Origin: a virus
Lineage: Duplodnaviria; Heunggongvirae; Uroviricota; Caudoviricetes
Length of the DNA: 18,536 nucleotides
Virus record (IMG/VR): IMGVR_UViG_2744054582_000011
Location: 1 to 18,536 of that record
Reading direction: 5' to 3' (one strand)
Part shown: one piece after another, positions 1 through 7,237 of the stretch
Layout of the letters: each line of letters starts with the position of its first letter
Numbering within the stretch: the stretch's first letter is position 1
The notes under the pieces: model-generated
What the model was told of the DNA's origin: nothing
Seen by the model: the letters and a program-made list of their open reading frames with translations, nothing else
Database searches by the model: none
Translations under genes and position numbers: made by a program

Positions 1-108
1 TTTTTTTTTTTTAAATCTCTGATCTACTAGAACGTCTTCCACTATCCTCTTCGTCGGAAGCGTAAGATTGTGTATAAGAGACAAACCTCCTTTCATGAAA
101 ATACGCAC
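1..108. other. Probable non-biological adapter-derived sequence (poly-T then Nextera/Tn5 mosaic-end-like adapter with a few errors)
   Basis: Positions 1-13 are poly-T. Positions 51-85 (tcgtcggaagcgtaagattgtgtataagagacaa) match the Illumina Nextera read-1 adapter TCGTCGGCAGCGTCAGATGTGTATAAGAGACAG with 3 substitutions and 1 inserted T. Homology to P2 W stops abruptly at position 109. Confidence 0.6.
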
Positions 109-165
109 AAGGTCAGTGACAGTCAGGCCATCACTGCGATTCATTCCGAGATAACGCGCTGTCAT
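109..165 (-). CDS. W: Baseplate wedge protein gpW, N-terminal 19 codons only (truncated at adapter junction)
   Basis: ATG at 163-165 overlaps the V stop (ATGA). Translation MTARYLGMNRSDGLTVTDL matches the N-terminus of P2 gpW as I recall it, then diverges into adapter-like sequence. Confidence 0.6.
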
Positions 166-797
166 AAAGGACTCCCGGTTGTGCCGCCGCTGTCGCCGGG
201 GTGTTTATGGGTATGCAGTACCTTACCGTTTGATGAGAGTTCACCGCCGGTGTGTTCAATGTTGCCGCGCATCGTCCCGCCCTTCTGCACTTCCAGCGTG
301 CCGGTAATCAGCCTGTTGGTGCAGACCACCTCCGGTGTGTCCAGGGTGATGCGGTTTGACGCTTTCACCATGACCACCGGCACCGTGGCAGTAACAGAAT
401 CAGAAGCCGTCACACTGGCCGTTTTAATTCCGCTTACCGTGAGCGCACTGGTTTCGGGTTCATACTCAATCACCGCCCCGTCAGGGAAACGGATATGCAG
501 GGCATCCGCCGACGCAGACGGTGCGGGATTATCGCCGGAATAAATCCCCGGCAGAACAAACGCCGTGTCGAGTTCACCGCCCACGGACAGAATCAGCACC
601 TGTTCCCCCACGGAAGGTGCCCACCATGTGCGCGAACGACCGGCGCGATGGGTCAGCCACTGCAGCCAGTCGGTACACATGCCGCCGGTCTGCACACGGC
701 AGAGACCGGCGTTAAGGTCGGTTTCGACGATAACGCCGGTGCGAATCATGTTGCGCAGTGCGCGCGCGAGTTCCTGAATATTTGCGAGAGTGTTCAT
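162..797 (-). CDS. V: Baseplate assembly/spike protein gpV
   Basis: 211-aa ORF, ATG at 795-797. Same length and position (after S, before W) as P2 gpV. Confidence 0.85.
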   Translation of the reverse strand: MNTLANIQELARALRNMIRTGVIVETDLNAGLCRVQTGGMCTDWLQWLTHRAGRSRTWWAPSVGEQVLILSVGGELDTAFVLPGIYSGDNPAPSASADALHIRFPDGAVIEYEPETSALTVSGIKTASVTASDSVTATVPVVMVKASNRITLDTPEVVCTNRLITGTLEVQKGGTMRGNIEHTGGELSSNGKVLHTHKHPGDSGGTTGSPL

Positions 798-863
798 AAC
801 GGGAAGGATGCCGCCGGGTCATACCGGCGGCAATGTGACGATGAGGTGTCGGGAATGGCACAA
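798..863 (-). promoter_or_regulatory. Candidate late promoter region upstream of V (PV-like)
   Basis: Intergenic gap between the S stop and V start. An imperfect dyad GGT-N12-ACA on the + strand at 845-862 resembles the TGT-N12-ACA element of Ogr-activated P2 late promoters. Position not verified. Confidence 0.3.
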
Positions 864-1316
864 CTAACGCTCAAGGTGAGCCAGGATAATCTCTTCAATC
901 ATCTGCACATCCTCACCGGTAAAGCCGAGCAGAGGACGCGCAGGATAATCAATTTTCTTACCGTCTTTCCGGGTTTCTTCCGACAGACCAAACTGATGCA
1001 CACTGGCGATTTTCGGTGACTTCCCGCCGTAAAACTCCATTGATGCCTGTTCAGGGCTGGCGCGGATATGCAAAAAACGACTGGTGATAAGTTTCGCAAA
1101 CATTTTTCGCTTAACGCGACCGGTCTTTTTTCTGGCGCTCTGCTGCTGGCGTGGCGCATAGGGTGTGCCGTCCGGAGCTTTCTGTGCCATCACCCGACGC
1201 TGCTGACTCTGCCGCAGGCGTTTCGCCAGTTCGGCACTCAGTCGCCGACGCCCTGACGGTGACAGCGACTCAATAAGTCCGGTCAGCCGGTCTTCAAAAC
1301 GCTTAAACTCATTCAT
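864..1316 (-). CDS. S: Tail completion protein gpS
   Basis: 150-aa ORF, ATG at 1314-1316, overlaps the R stop by 8 nt. Length and order match P2 S. Confidence 0.85.
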   Translation of the reverse strand: MNEFKRFEDRLTGLIESLSPSGRRRLSAELAKRLRQSQQRRVMAQKAPDGTPYAPRQQQSARKKTGRVKRKMFAKLITSRFLHIRASPEQASMEFYGGKSPKIASVHQFGLSEETRKDGKKIDYPARPLLGFTGEDVQMIEEIILAHLER

Positions 1317-1776
1317 CCCACTTGCTCACCAGTTCGCCATTGATATAAAGCTCCATCGGGCGGGTGACCGGCTCTGGCGGCGGAGGTTCCGGGATATTCT
1401 TCACATGCAGTGCGCCGTCAACCTCACTGACCAGCGTGCGCTCGGTCAGCATCAGGCTGATGCTGATATCAAAGCTGCTGTCATTGTTGATGTCTGCATA
1501 AAACGTGAAGCCCTTTTTCTGGCCTTCGTCGGTGGTCATGATGTCGGGCTGATTTTTCCGCAGCCACGCCAGCACCGGCACGATGAGCAGGTCAAAATCA
1601 CCGGTAAAGTCGGTCACAATGACATTGAGCGTGTAACGCTTTTCGAATGACAGCGACGTCGCCAGTGTGGAGGCAATACTCCCGTTATCCACGAATATCC
1701 GCAGCATCTCGGGGCTGGTTTTCAGTACCGTGACGGCATCAGTCAGTGCCCTGCGCAGGCTGTCGGGTTTGAGCAT
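1309..1776 (-). CDS. R: Tail completion protein gpR
   Basis: 155-aa ORF, ATG at 1774-1776. Length and order match P2 R. Confidence 0.85.
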   Translation of the reverse strand: MLKPDSLRRALTDAVTVLKTSPEMLRIFVDNGSIASTLATSLSFEKRYTLNVIVTDFTGDFDLLIVPVLAWLRKNQPDIMTTDEGQKKGFTFYADINNDSSFDISISLMLTERTLVSEVDGALHVKNIPEPPPPEPVTRPMELYINGELVSKWDE

Positions 1777-2029
1777 CGTTTTCGTCCTGACAGTGTTTAA
1801 TCATTTTTACCTGGCTGGCACAGCGTGCCAGCGCGTTCTCAAGCTGCCGGATATCGGCACTTAAATCGCCGTTCGTCTCCGGGTCACTGCCCGGCATCGG
1901 GCAAAGACTCACTTTCGGGCAGGCGTTGGCGACAATCACTGGCGTCAGTGCAGGCGGGGCGCTGGTGCAACCGGCGCACAGCATCAGGCAGGTCAGCGCC
2001 GTACCAGCGGCGAAAATCTTCGTTTTCAT
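1739..2029 (-). CDS. lysC: LysC, Rz1-like outer-membrane lipoprotein spanin, out of frame with the lysB 3' end and running into R
   Basis: ATG at 2027-2029 preceded by GAGG. Product MKTKIFAAGTALTCLMLCAGC has a lipoprotein signal peptide with a lipobox Cys; 96 aa. Embedded architecture as in P2 lysB/lysC. Confidence 0.75.
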   Translation of the reverse strand: MKTKIFAAGTALTCLMLCAGCTSAPPALTPVIVANACPKVSLCPMPGSDPETNGDLSADIRQLENALARCASQVKMIKHCQDENDAQTRQPAQGTD

Positions 2030-2309
2030 TGAGTAACCTCGTGATGGTTTTCTCGCGCTGTGCTTCACGCTTCGCGGCGTTTTCCAGTTCCTGACGCAGT
2101 GCCACCTGCGCCAGCTCGTTTTTGTCTGCCCTGGTGAGGGCAACATGAAGCTGATTTTTCAGCATGGTGATGGTCGTCTGCTGTTCACTGGCGACGCTGT
2201 TCGCCCTGTCCAGCGAGGCGCGCAGGCTGGCATTTTTGTGTTTCACCAGAAACAGACCGGTCACCGCCAGCGATAACAACACGACCAGCACAATCATCAG
2301 CTTTGACAT
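1884..2309 (-). CDS. lysB: LysB, Rz-like inner-membrane spanin
   Basis: 141-aa ORF with an N-terminal TM segment (MSKLMIVLVVLLSLAVTGLFLV) and a coiled-coil-like remainder; ATG at 2307-2309. Confidence 0.8.
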   Translation of the reverse strand: MSKLMIVLVVLLSLAVTGLFLVKHKNASLRASLDRANSVASEQQTTITMLKNQLHVALTRADKNELAQVALRQELENAAKREAQREKTITRLLNENEDFRRWYGADLPDAVRRLHQRPACTDASDCRQRLPESESLPDAGQ

Positions 2310-2722
2310 GGTTCCCGCCCCTCAAGACGCTGACGACAGGCTTTACGTATCAGCCGGAAAAACAGCGACGCCACAAGATAAATCAGCGCGGTAAAAATCC
2401 ACCCGGCAGCGACCAGCGAGATAAACGTCGCCACCATCACTACCAGAGCCGCCGCCCGCCTGCGCCACGGCACCGGCTGCAAAAACAGCGACGTGACAAT
2501 CTTCACGGCCAGCGATTCCGGTGGCAGCTCCCGCCCGTAGCGTTCCAGCACATACTCAGTGGCATACACGCCGACACCACCGGCAACCACACAGATAACC
2601 GTCGCCAGAATCGCCCAGGCGGCGACAAAATTGACGGCCACGCTCTGCGGGTAAATCAGGGACAGTGCCAGCATCAGCGCCAGCGACACATTCAGCATCA
2701 GTGAAAGGGATAATTTCTTCAT
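2297..2722 (-). CDS. lysA: LysA, membrane protein of the lysis cassette (lysis timing)
   Basis: 141-aa ORF with several hydrophobic helices; ATG at 2720-2722; position between K and lysB as in P2. Confidence 0.8.
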   Translation of the reverse strand: MKKLSLSLMLNVSLALMLALSLIYPQSVAVNFVAAWAILATVICVVAGGVGVYATEYVLERYGRELPPESLAVKIVTSLFLQPVPWRRRAAALVVMVATFISLVAAGWIFTALIYLVASLFFRLIRKACRQRLEGREPCQS

Positions 2723-2736
2723 GGTGTTTACTCCGT

Positions 2737-3234
2737 TTAAGCTGGTACACCGCCGGCGGTACGCCAGACGGTGACCAGTTTTTCCAGTGAATGCTCACGC
2801 TGACCGTAACCGGCACCCGGCAGGGACGCCCAGATATTGCGACAGCGTGAAATGGCGCGCTCAATGCGTCCCGCCCGGATGTCATCCAGTGCACCGCGTT
2901 CGCGGATCAACTGAATGGCGAGTCTGTCCTGTGACAACGGACTGAAATCCGGCAGGGCAAGCTGTTTGCGGTAGTGCGGCCAGAACAGGTAAAGCTGCTG
3001 ATAGCGACCGGAGGCCGTGGATTTTTCACCGCGACGGTTAAACACCTTCGCCGGCCGGCCATGCGCGAACGGGTGGTCACTGTAGTCAGTGAAAATTTCC
3101 GGCTTCCCGTCCAGTCCGGTGACTATCACGTCATAGCCCCGGTTTTTCGTCAGCGGATGATTCGCCGTCCCTTCGGACACGGCCAGCATGTCGAGAAAGG
3201 CAGCGATATTCTGATGCGTGTTAATTACCGGCAT
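2737..3234 (-). CDS. K: Endolysin (lysozyme) gpK
   Basis: ORF track starts at a GTG at 3252. I place the start at the in-frame ATG at 3232-3234 (MPVINTHQNIAAFLDMLA...), which gives 165 aa like P2 K and overlaps the Y stop by 1 nt. Confidence 0.85.
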   Translation of the reverse strand: MPVINTHQNIAAFLDMLAVSEGTANHPLTKNRGYDVIVTGLDGKPEIFTDYSDHPFAHGRPAKVFNRRGEKSTASGRYQQLYLFWPHYRKQLALPDFSPLSQDRLAIQLIRERGALDDIRAGRIERAISRCRNIWASLPGAGYGQREHSLEKLVTVWRTAGGVPA

Positions 3235-3515
3235 TACGGTTTCCCCCTGCACTTAAAGCGGCGCTGAATGGCAATCTCAATCACCTGATAACCAGCGATA
3301 CCCAGCATGGAGCCGATGCCGCACACCGCAGGCAGTGACAGGTCAGGAAACTGCACCAGAACAACACCGGCAACCATCGAGACAAAACCACCGAGCAACA
3401 TGCGCCCGATAAACAGACGCGGGGTGATGGGTTCACCACCGGCAAGCACCTTGCCGACAACAATCAGCACCCCAATCATGAAAAGCGACAGGACGCTTTT
3501 TTCTTCTGCTGTCAT
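3234..3515 (-). CDS. Y: Holin gpY
   Basis: 93-aa ORF with TM segments (LSLFMIGVLIVVGKVLAG, LLGGFVSMVAGVVLV); ATG at 3513-3515; immediately upstream of the endolysin. Confidence 0.85.
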   Translation of the reverse strand: MTAEEKSVLSLFMIGVLIVVGKVLAGGEPITPRLFIGRMLLGGFVSMVAGVVLVQFPDLSLPAVCGIGSMLGIAGYQVIEIAIQRRFKCRGKP

Positions 3516-3518
3516 GCG

Positions 3519-3722
3519 TTACTCCCACAGATTGACAGTTTCAGCCACGGGCGCGGTCTGAACGTCGGGCAGTTCGACGGCGGTGCCGTGTGGCAGCACC
3601 GCACCCAGTTCAGCCAGTCCCGGATTTGCGGCGAGCACGGTCTCAACCACGCCCTCAGTGCGCCCGTAATACCGGACACAAATGGCGTCGAGCGTGTCGC
3701 CCTGTAGCGCAAAGGTCTTCAT
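3519..3722 (-). CDS. X: Tail protein gpX (LysM-like)
   Basis: ORF track extends to 3791; start placed at the ATG at 3720-3722 (MKTFALQGDTLDAICVRYYGRTEG...), giving 67 aa and overlapping the L stop (ATGA). Confidence 0.8.
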   Translation of the reverse strand: MKTFALQGDTLDAICVRYYGRTEGVVETVLAANPGLAELGAVLPHGTAVELPDVQTAPVAETVNLWE

Positions 3723-4231
3723 CAGATTTGACTCACGATGCAGCGCGGCTTGTCCTGGATACGCGCCACCGCCCAGCGCATATCCCGCCACAGTTCATCA
3801 ATGGTGCTGTCAATGCTGTCAGCCTTCTTGTCGCCTTTCGCACTGGCATCCACGCCGCGATAACGCTCATAAAGCGACGCGGTCGCCATCGCACACACGG
3901 CGCGCTCGTAGTAAAAAACTTTGATGCTTTCACCGTCGATGTCGTCCGCCGGGACGTCCGCCAGACGCGTAAAACCGGCGGCAATTTTCTGTTCGCGGTA
4001 CTCGTACAGCTCCGCATTCGTCTCCGCCATACCTGACTTGATGGCCTCACGCAGACGGGCGGGGGCGACGGTCTGCTCAAGGCGCATACGTTCCCGGACG
4101 CGCTTCGGGTCGATATCGGGAAAAAAGAACGTGTTTTTAATCACCGGCTCGTCGCCTGCCGGTTGCGGGATGACCACCGTACCCTCACCGGATACAGGAG
4201 CCTCCTTTCGCGGAATAATCAGCGTCATCAT
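3722..4231 (-). CDS. L: Head completion/stabilisation protein gpL
   Basis: ORF track extends to 4291; start placed at ATGATG at 4226-4231 with an upstream GAGG (MMTLIIPRKEAPVSGEG...), giving 169 aa as in P2 L. Confidence 0.85.
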   Translation of the reverse strand: MMTLIIPRKEAPVSGEGTVVIPQPAGDEPVIKNTFFFPDIDPKRVRERMRLEQTVAPARLREAIKSGMAETNAELYEYREQKIAAGFTRLADVPADDIDGESIKVFYYERAVCAMATASLYERYRGVDASAKGDKKADSIDSTIDELWRDMRWAVARIQDKPRCIVSQI

Positions 4232-4330
4232 GACTACCTCTGAAAAGTCGGGCGGTGGACGCCGGTACAGTGTCAGGTGATTCACCCTCACTGACCGGCG
4301 TGCCGCCCTGGCGCGGGGCGCATTCGGTTG

Positions 4331-5074
4331 TTAACTGGCTTTCTTTTTCGGGCGTCCACGTTTTGCCGGTGTCACGCTCCGGGTCTTACGCGGGGTACGG
4401 GTGGCCGCTTTGGGCTGCGGCTCCGGCTTCGGTTTCAGCTCCCGCTCCAGTCGTTCAATCTCTTTTTTGACGCCTGCCTGACAGTCGAGCAGTGTCGCGC
4501 GTTGCAGGTGCGCCAGCGCCCCTGCGGCATCACCAGCGTCACGCAGAAACAGACCGGTGATTTTGTGCAGCTTTGCGCGCACTTCATCAGGCATGTCAGC
4601 CGTGGCGGTCAGTTCAAGGGTCTCCGTCAGCAGGCGGATATCCACAGATTCACCGGCAGCGTGAGCGCGCATGGCCGCGAGTGCGACCTCCTCGGTGAAC
4701 ATGTACGGCGGGGTGCGGCGGTGTTTACCCGGCATGGTCAGACCGTACTTCAGGGCATAACGGGCAATCTCCAGCGCACCGGCAATATCGCCGGTATCCA
4801 GACGCCACAGCATGACCGTCATCAGAATGTCATCCTGTGCACCTTTGCCCTGCTCCAGCACACCGTTCACCCACGGCAACCAGAACGGCAGCAGTTCGCG
4901 CTTTTTCGCGGCCTTAAGCTCTTTTGAATAAATCGCTTTCAGTGTGCGCTGGTCTGCGGCCAGCTTGACCAGCATCTGCTCATAGACAGTTGCATGTCGC
5001 AGCGGGGCGGCTTCCCGCTGCGCGGTCATCGCTGCCGAGACCCGCATCATGTGGCGCTGTGCGGGACTCGTCAT
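4331..5074 (-). CDS. M: Terminase small (endonuclease) subunit gpM
   Basis: 247-aa ORF, ATG at 5072-5074; basic Lys/Arg-rich C-terminus; order N-M-L as in P2. Confidence 0.85.
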   Translation of the reverse strand: MTSPAQRHMMRVSAAMTAQREAAPLRHATVYEQMLVKLAADQRTLKAIYSKELKAAKKRELLPFWLPWVNGVLEQGKGAQDDILMTVMLWRLDTGDIAGALEIARYALKYGLTMPGKHRRTPPYMFTEEVALAAMRAHAAGESVDIRLLTETLELTATADMPDEVRAKLHKITGLFLRDAGDAAGALAHLQRATLLDCQAGVKKEIERLERELKPKPEPQPKAATRTPRKTRSVTPAKRGRPKKKAS

Positions 5075-5077
5075 CGG

Positions 5078-6151
5078 TTACGCTCCCGGCTCTGCGGTCG
5101 CCTTAGCCGGTGTGGAGAAATCACCGACCTTGATTTTTTCCACCAGACAACCGGCGGCGTAGTCTTCCACCACGTAATCAATGTTCATTGACTCGTAGTT
5201 CTCCACGCGGTCGAGTTTCGGGTTTTCCACAATCACGCGGCGATGGCTGTCATCCATGTAGTAGATGGACAGGTTTTCCAGCTTCGTGATGAGCATCGCA
5301 TCCGCCGGGAAGTACGGGACGCGTACCGCCGGCAGGTTACCGATGCGTTTCTGGCTGATGATGACGTCAGCGGCCAGCATTTCGCTGTTGTCCTGCTCCT
5401 TGTTAACGATGGGGAAATACTTGTCCGCCAGTAGCTGACGCCCCACAATCACCACAAGGTCAGGGTCTTCCTGATACCACGGTTCAATCAGGTTGTTGGT
5501 CGCATCCATCACCAGTGCGTCGAGGCTTACATAATCACCGCCCTTACCCACGCGGATAACCTCAGAGGTGGTGTGCCCTTCCTCGTCAGTGACCTTGCTC
5601 ATCACGCGCGCCGGGGCTTCATTGCGGTATTTCTGCAGCCAGCCGACCGCCACATCCTGCAGCATCGGATTGCTGCTGCGGTCAGAGGTTTCGGCACGCC
5701 TCACGCCGTTAAAACCGGCCATGATTAAATCAAGGGACTGGCGTTTGATAATGGCGTTACGGACACGGAGCTGGAAATCCTGATAACGCGCCCACAGGTC
5801 CAGCGTTTTGTAGCGGATATAAAAATCGAAGTTAATCTGGTCGCATTCGTACTTGTTTGACGCCAGCTTCGAGAAGTCCTTCGGCTGACGCTCGGTGCCA
5901 CCGGCGGTGTCGGTGGTGCTGGCGATGGAGCCGGTGACACCGATGCCAATTTTTTCCCCTTTCATTTCGCTGACCGGCACAATGTTGATGCGGGTCAGAA
6001 AGTCAGAGGACTCCTGCATGGTGTTCATCAGGGTCTGGGTGACCGACGGTTCAACGGTGAATTTTTTCGACACATCACCGGCGTCGATGCCGTTCAGTTC
6101 GGCAACACGGGACAGGTAGGCATTAAATTTAAAGCGGGTTTCCTGGCGCAT
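5078..6151 (-). CDS. N: Major capsid protein gpN
   Basis: 357-aa ORF, ATG at 6149-6151; matches P2 N in length and N-terminus (MRQETRFKFNAYLSRVAELNGID...). Confidence 0.9.
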   Translation of the reverse strand: MRQETRFKFNAYLSRVAELNGIDAGDVSKKFTVEPSVTQTLMNTMQESSDFLTRINIVPVSEMKGEKIGIGVTGSIASTTDTAGGTERQPKDFSKLASNKYECDQINFDFYIRYKTLDLWARYQDFQLRVRNAIIKRQSLDLIMAGFNGVRRAETSDRSSNPMLQDVAVGWLQKYRNEAPARVMSKVTDEEGHTTSEVIRVGKGGDYVSLDALVMDATNNLIEPWYQEDPDLVVIVGRQLLADKYFPIVNKEQDNSEMLAADVIISQKRIGNLPAVRVPYFPADAMLITKLENLSIYYMDDSHRRVIVENPKLDRVENYESMNIDYVVEDYAAGCLVEKIKVGDFSTPAKATAEPGA

Positions 6152-6209
6152 AGTTTTTCCTGAAATTAAGGGTTAATCGTGAAGGTTTTCCCGGACTGAC
6201 TGACGCCGG

Positions 6210-7064
6210 TCAGCAGTTCGTCATCAGGGCGTCACCGCCACCACCGGTGGCCTTGCTGCGGCGCTGCTGGGTCAGACTTTCGGTGTGGTCGAGACTGTTT
6301 TTCAGGCGGGTGAATGCCTGGCTGGTTTCATCCGCCCTGTCAGTCACATCCTGCTTAAGTGCGGAAAAAGCGGTTTCCATCTCAGCGAGGCGCTGCTCAG
6401 TGGCGCTCAGTTTTTCCTGCACATGTTCAGCAACAGCGGTCACCGCTTCATGCACGTCATTCAGACGGGCGTCATCGCTGGCCTGTTTGCGGCCAAAAAT
6501 GGACTTCACCTTTTCGGTCAGGGCGGTGAACACGGTTTCAGGCAGGTCTTCAAATTCCAGCTCAACGGGCGTTGCCACTGAAATCAGGTTTTCAGGGCTT
6601 AATTTGAAGCGGTTCAGGGGGTTGTGTTTTGCCGTGCGGCAGAATTCCAGGTATTCCGTGCCGAGGCTTGCCGGGTCATCGGTGACGGCCAGACCCACCA
6701 GATAACATTTGCCTGTATTGGCAAAGTTCGGCTGAATTTCCATTGAGGTATAGACCTTCTGCGCGGCCTTGTTCATCGCGATAAGGTCATCGGTCGGGGT
6801 GATTTTCGCAAACAGCGCCCATTTGCCTTTCAGCGCCGAATCATCGTCAATCTTTTCGGCCTTCAGTTCGGCCACATCGCCATAACGTTTAAAAATACCG
6901 TCAGGCAGGATGCCGCGCAGATGTTCCAGGTTAATGCGGCAACCATAGACACGCGGGTCAAAGGTTTCGGCCATTTCCTGAATATCCTGCGCACTGATGA
7001 CACGCCCGTCACAGGTGTCACCCTCAACGCCGATACGAAAGAATTTTGAGACTTTTTTTGCCAT
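6210..7064 (-). CDS. O: Capsid scaffolding protein gpO
   Basis: ORF track extends to 7130; start placed at the ATG at 7062-7064 (MAKKVSKFFRIGVEGDTCDGR...), giving 284 aa as in P2 O. Confidence 0.85.
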   Translation of the reverse strand: MAKKVSKFFRIGVEGDTCDGRVISAQDIQEMAETFDPRVYGCRINLEHLRGILPDGIFKRYGDVAELKAEKIDDDSALKGKWALFAKITPTDDLIAMNKAAQKVYTSMEIQPNFANTGKCYLVGLAVTDDPASLGTEYLEFCRTAKHNPLNRFKLSPENLISVATPVELEFEDLPETVFTALTEKVKSIFGRKQASDDARLNDVHEAVTAVAEHVQEKLSATEQRLAEMETAFSALKQDVTDRADETSQAFTRLKNSLDHTESLTQQRRSKATGGGGDALMTNC

Positions 7065-7237
7065 TGTCAGGAGTCCTGAATAGTGATTAGAGGAGTCACA
7101 TGTCGGCATCAGTTTCCCGACGATGCGCATCCTCCGCCATCAGTCCCGGATGGCTTATCACTGACACAACAGCACCTTAGCGAATCGCGGGGCGCGACTC
7201 AGTAGCCTTGCCGTGTATTCATCACGGCGAGGTATTC
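7065..7237. promoter_or_regulatory. Divergent late promoter region (PO leftward, PP rightward)
   Basis: Intergenic region between divergent O and P, as in P2 where Ogr-dependent late promoters sit here. Imperfect dyad TGG-N12-ACA at 7151-7168 is a candidate activator box about 70 bp upstream of the P ATG. Confidence 0.45.

Noticed and set aside
66-85. Possible natural IS50/Tn5 terminal repeat indicating a transposon insertion into W
   Set aside because: The match extends upstream into the Illumina-specific TCGTCGGCAGCGTC primer site and is preceded by poly-T, which fits a synthetic adapter better than a natural IS end.
70-1019. Plus-strand ORFs of 157, 174, 64 and 70 aa (70-543, 495-1019, 521-715, 565-777)
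   Set aside because: They lie antisense to the well-supported V and S genes, have low-complexity Arg/Pro/Ser-rich products and no RBS. Shadow ORFs typical of GC-rich coding DNA.
3235-3252. Longer N-terminus for endolysin K starting at the GTG at 3252
   Set aside because: The in-frame ATG at 3232-3234 gives the P2-length protein with the expected N-terminus and the usual holin-stop/endolysin-start overlap.
3590-4927. Plus-strand ORFs opposite X, L and M (for example 3590-4036 and 4328-4927)
   Set aside because: Antisense to conserved P2 structural genes, with Arg-rich low-complexity translations. No support as genes.
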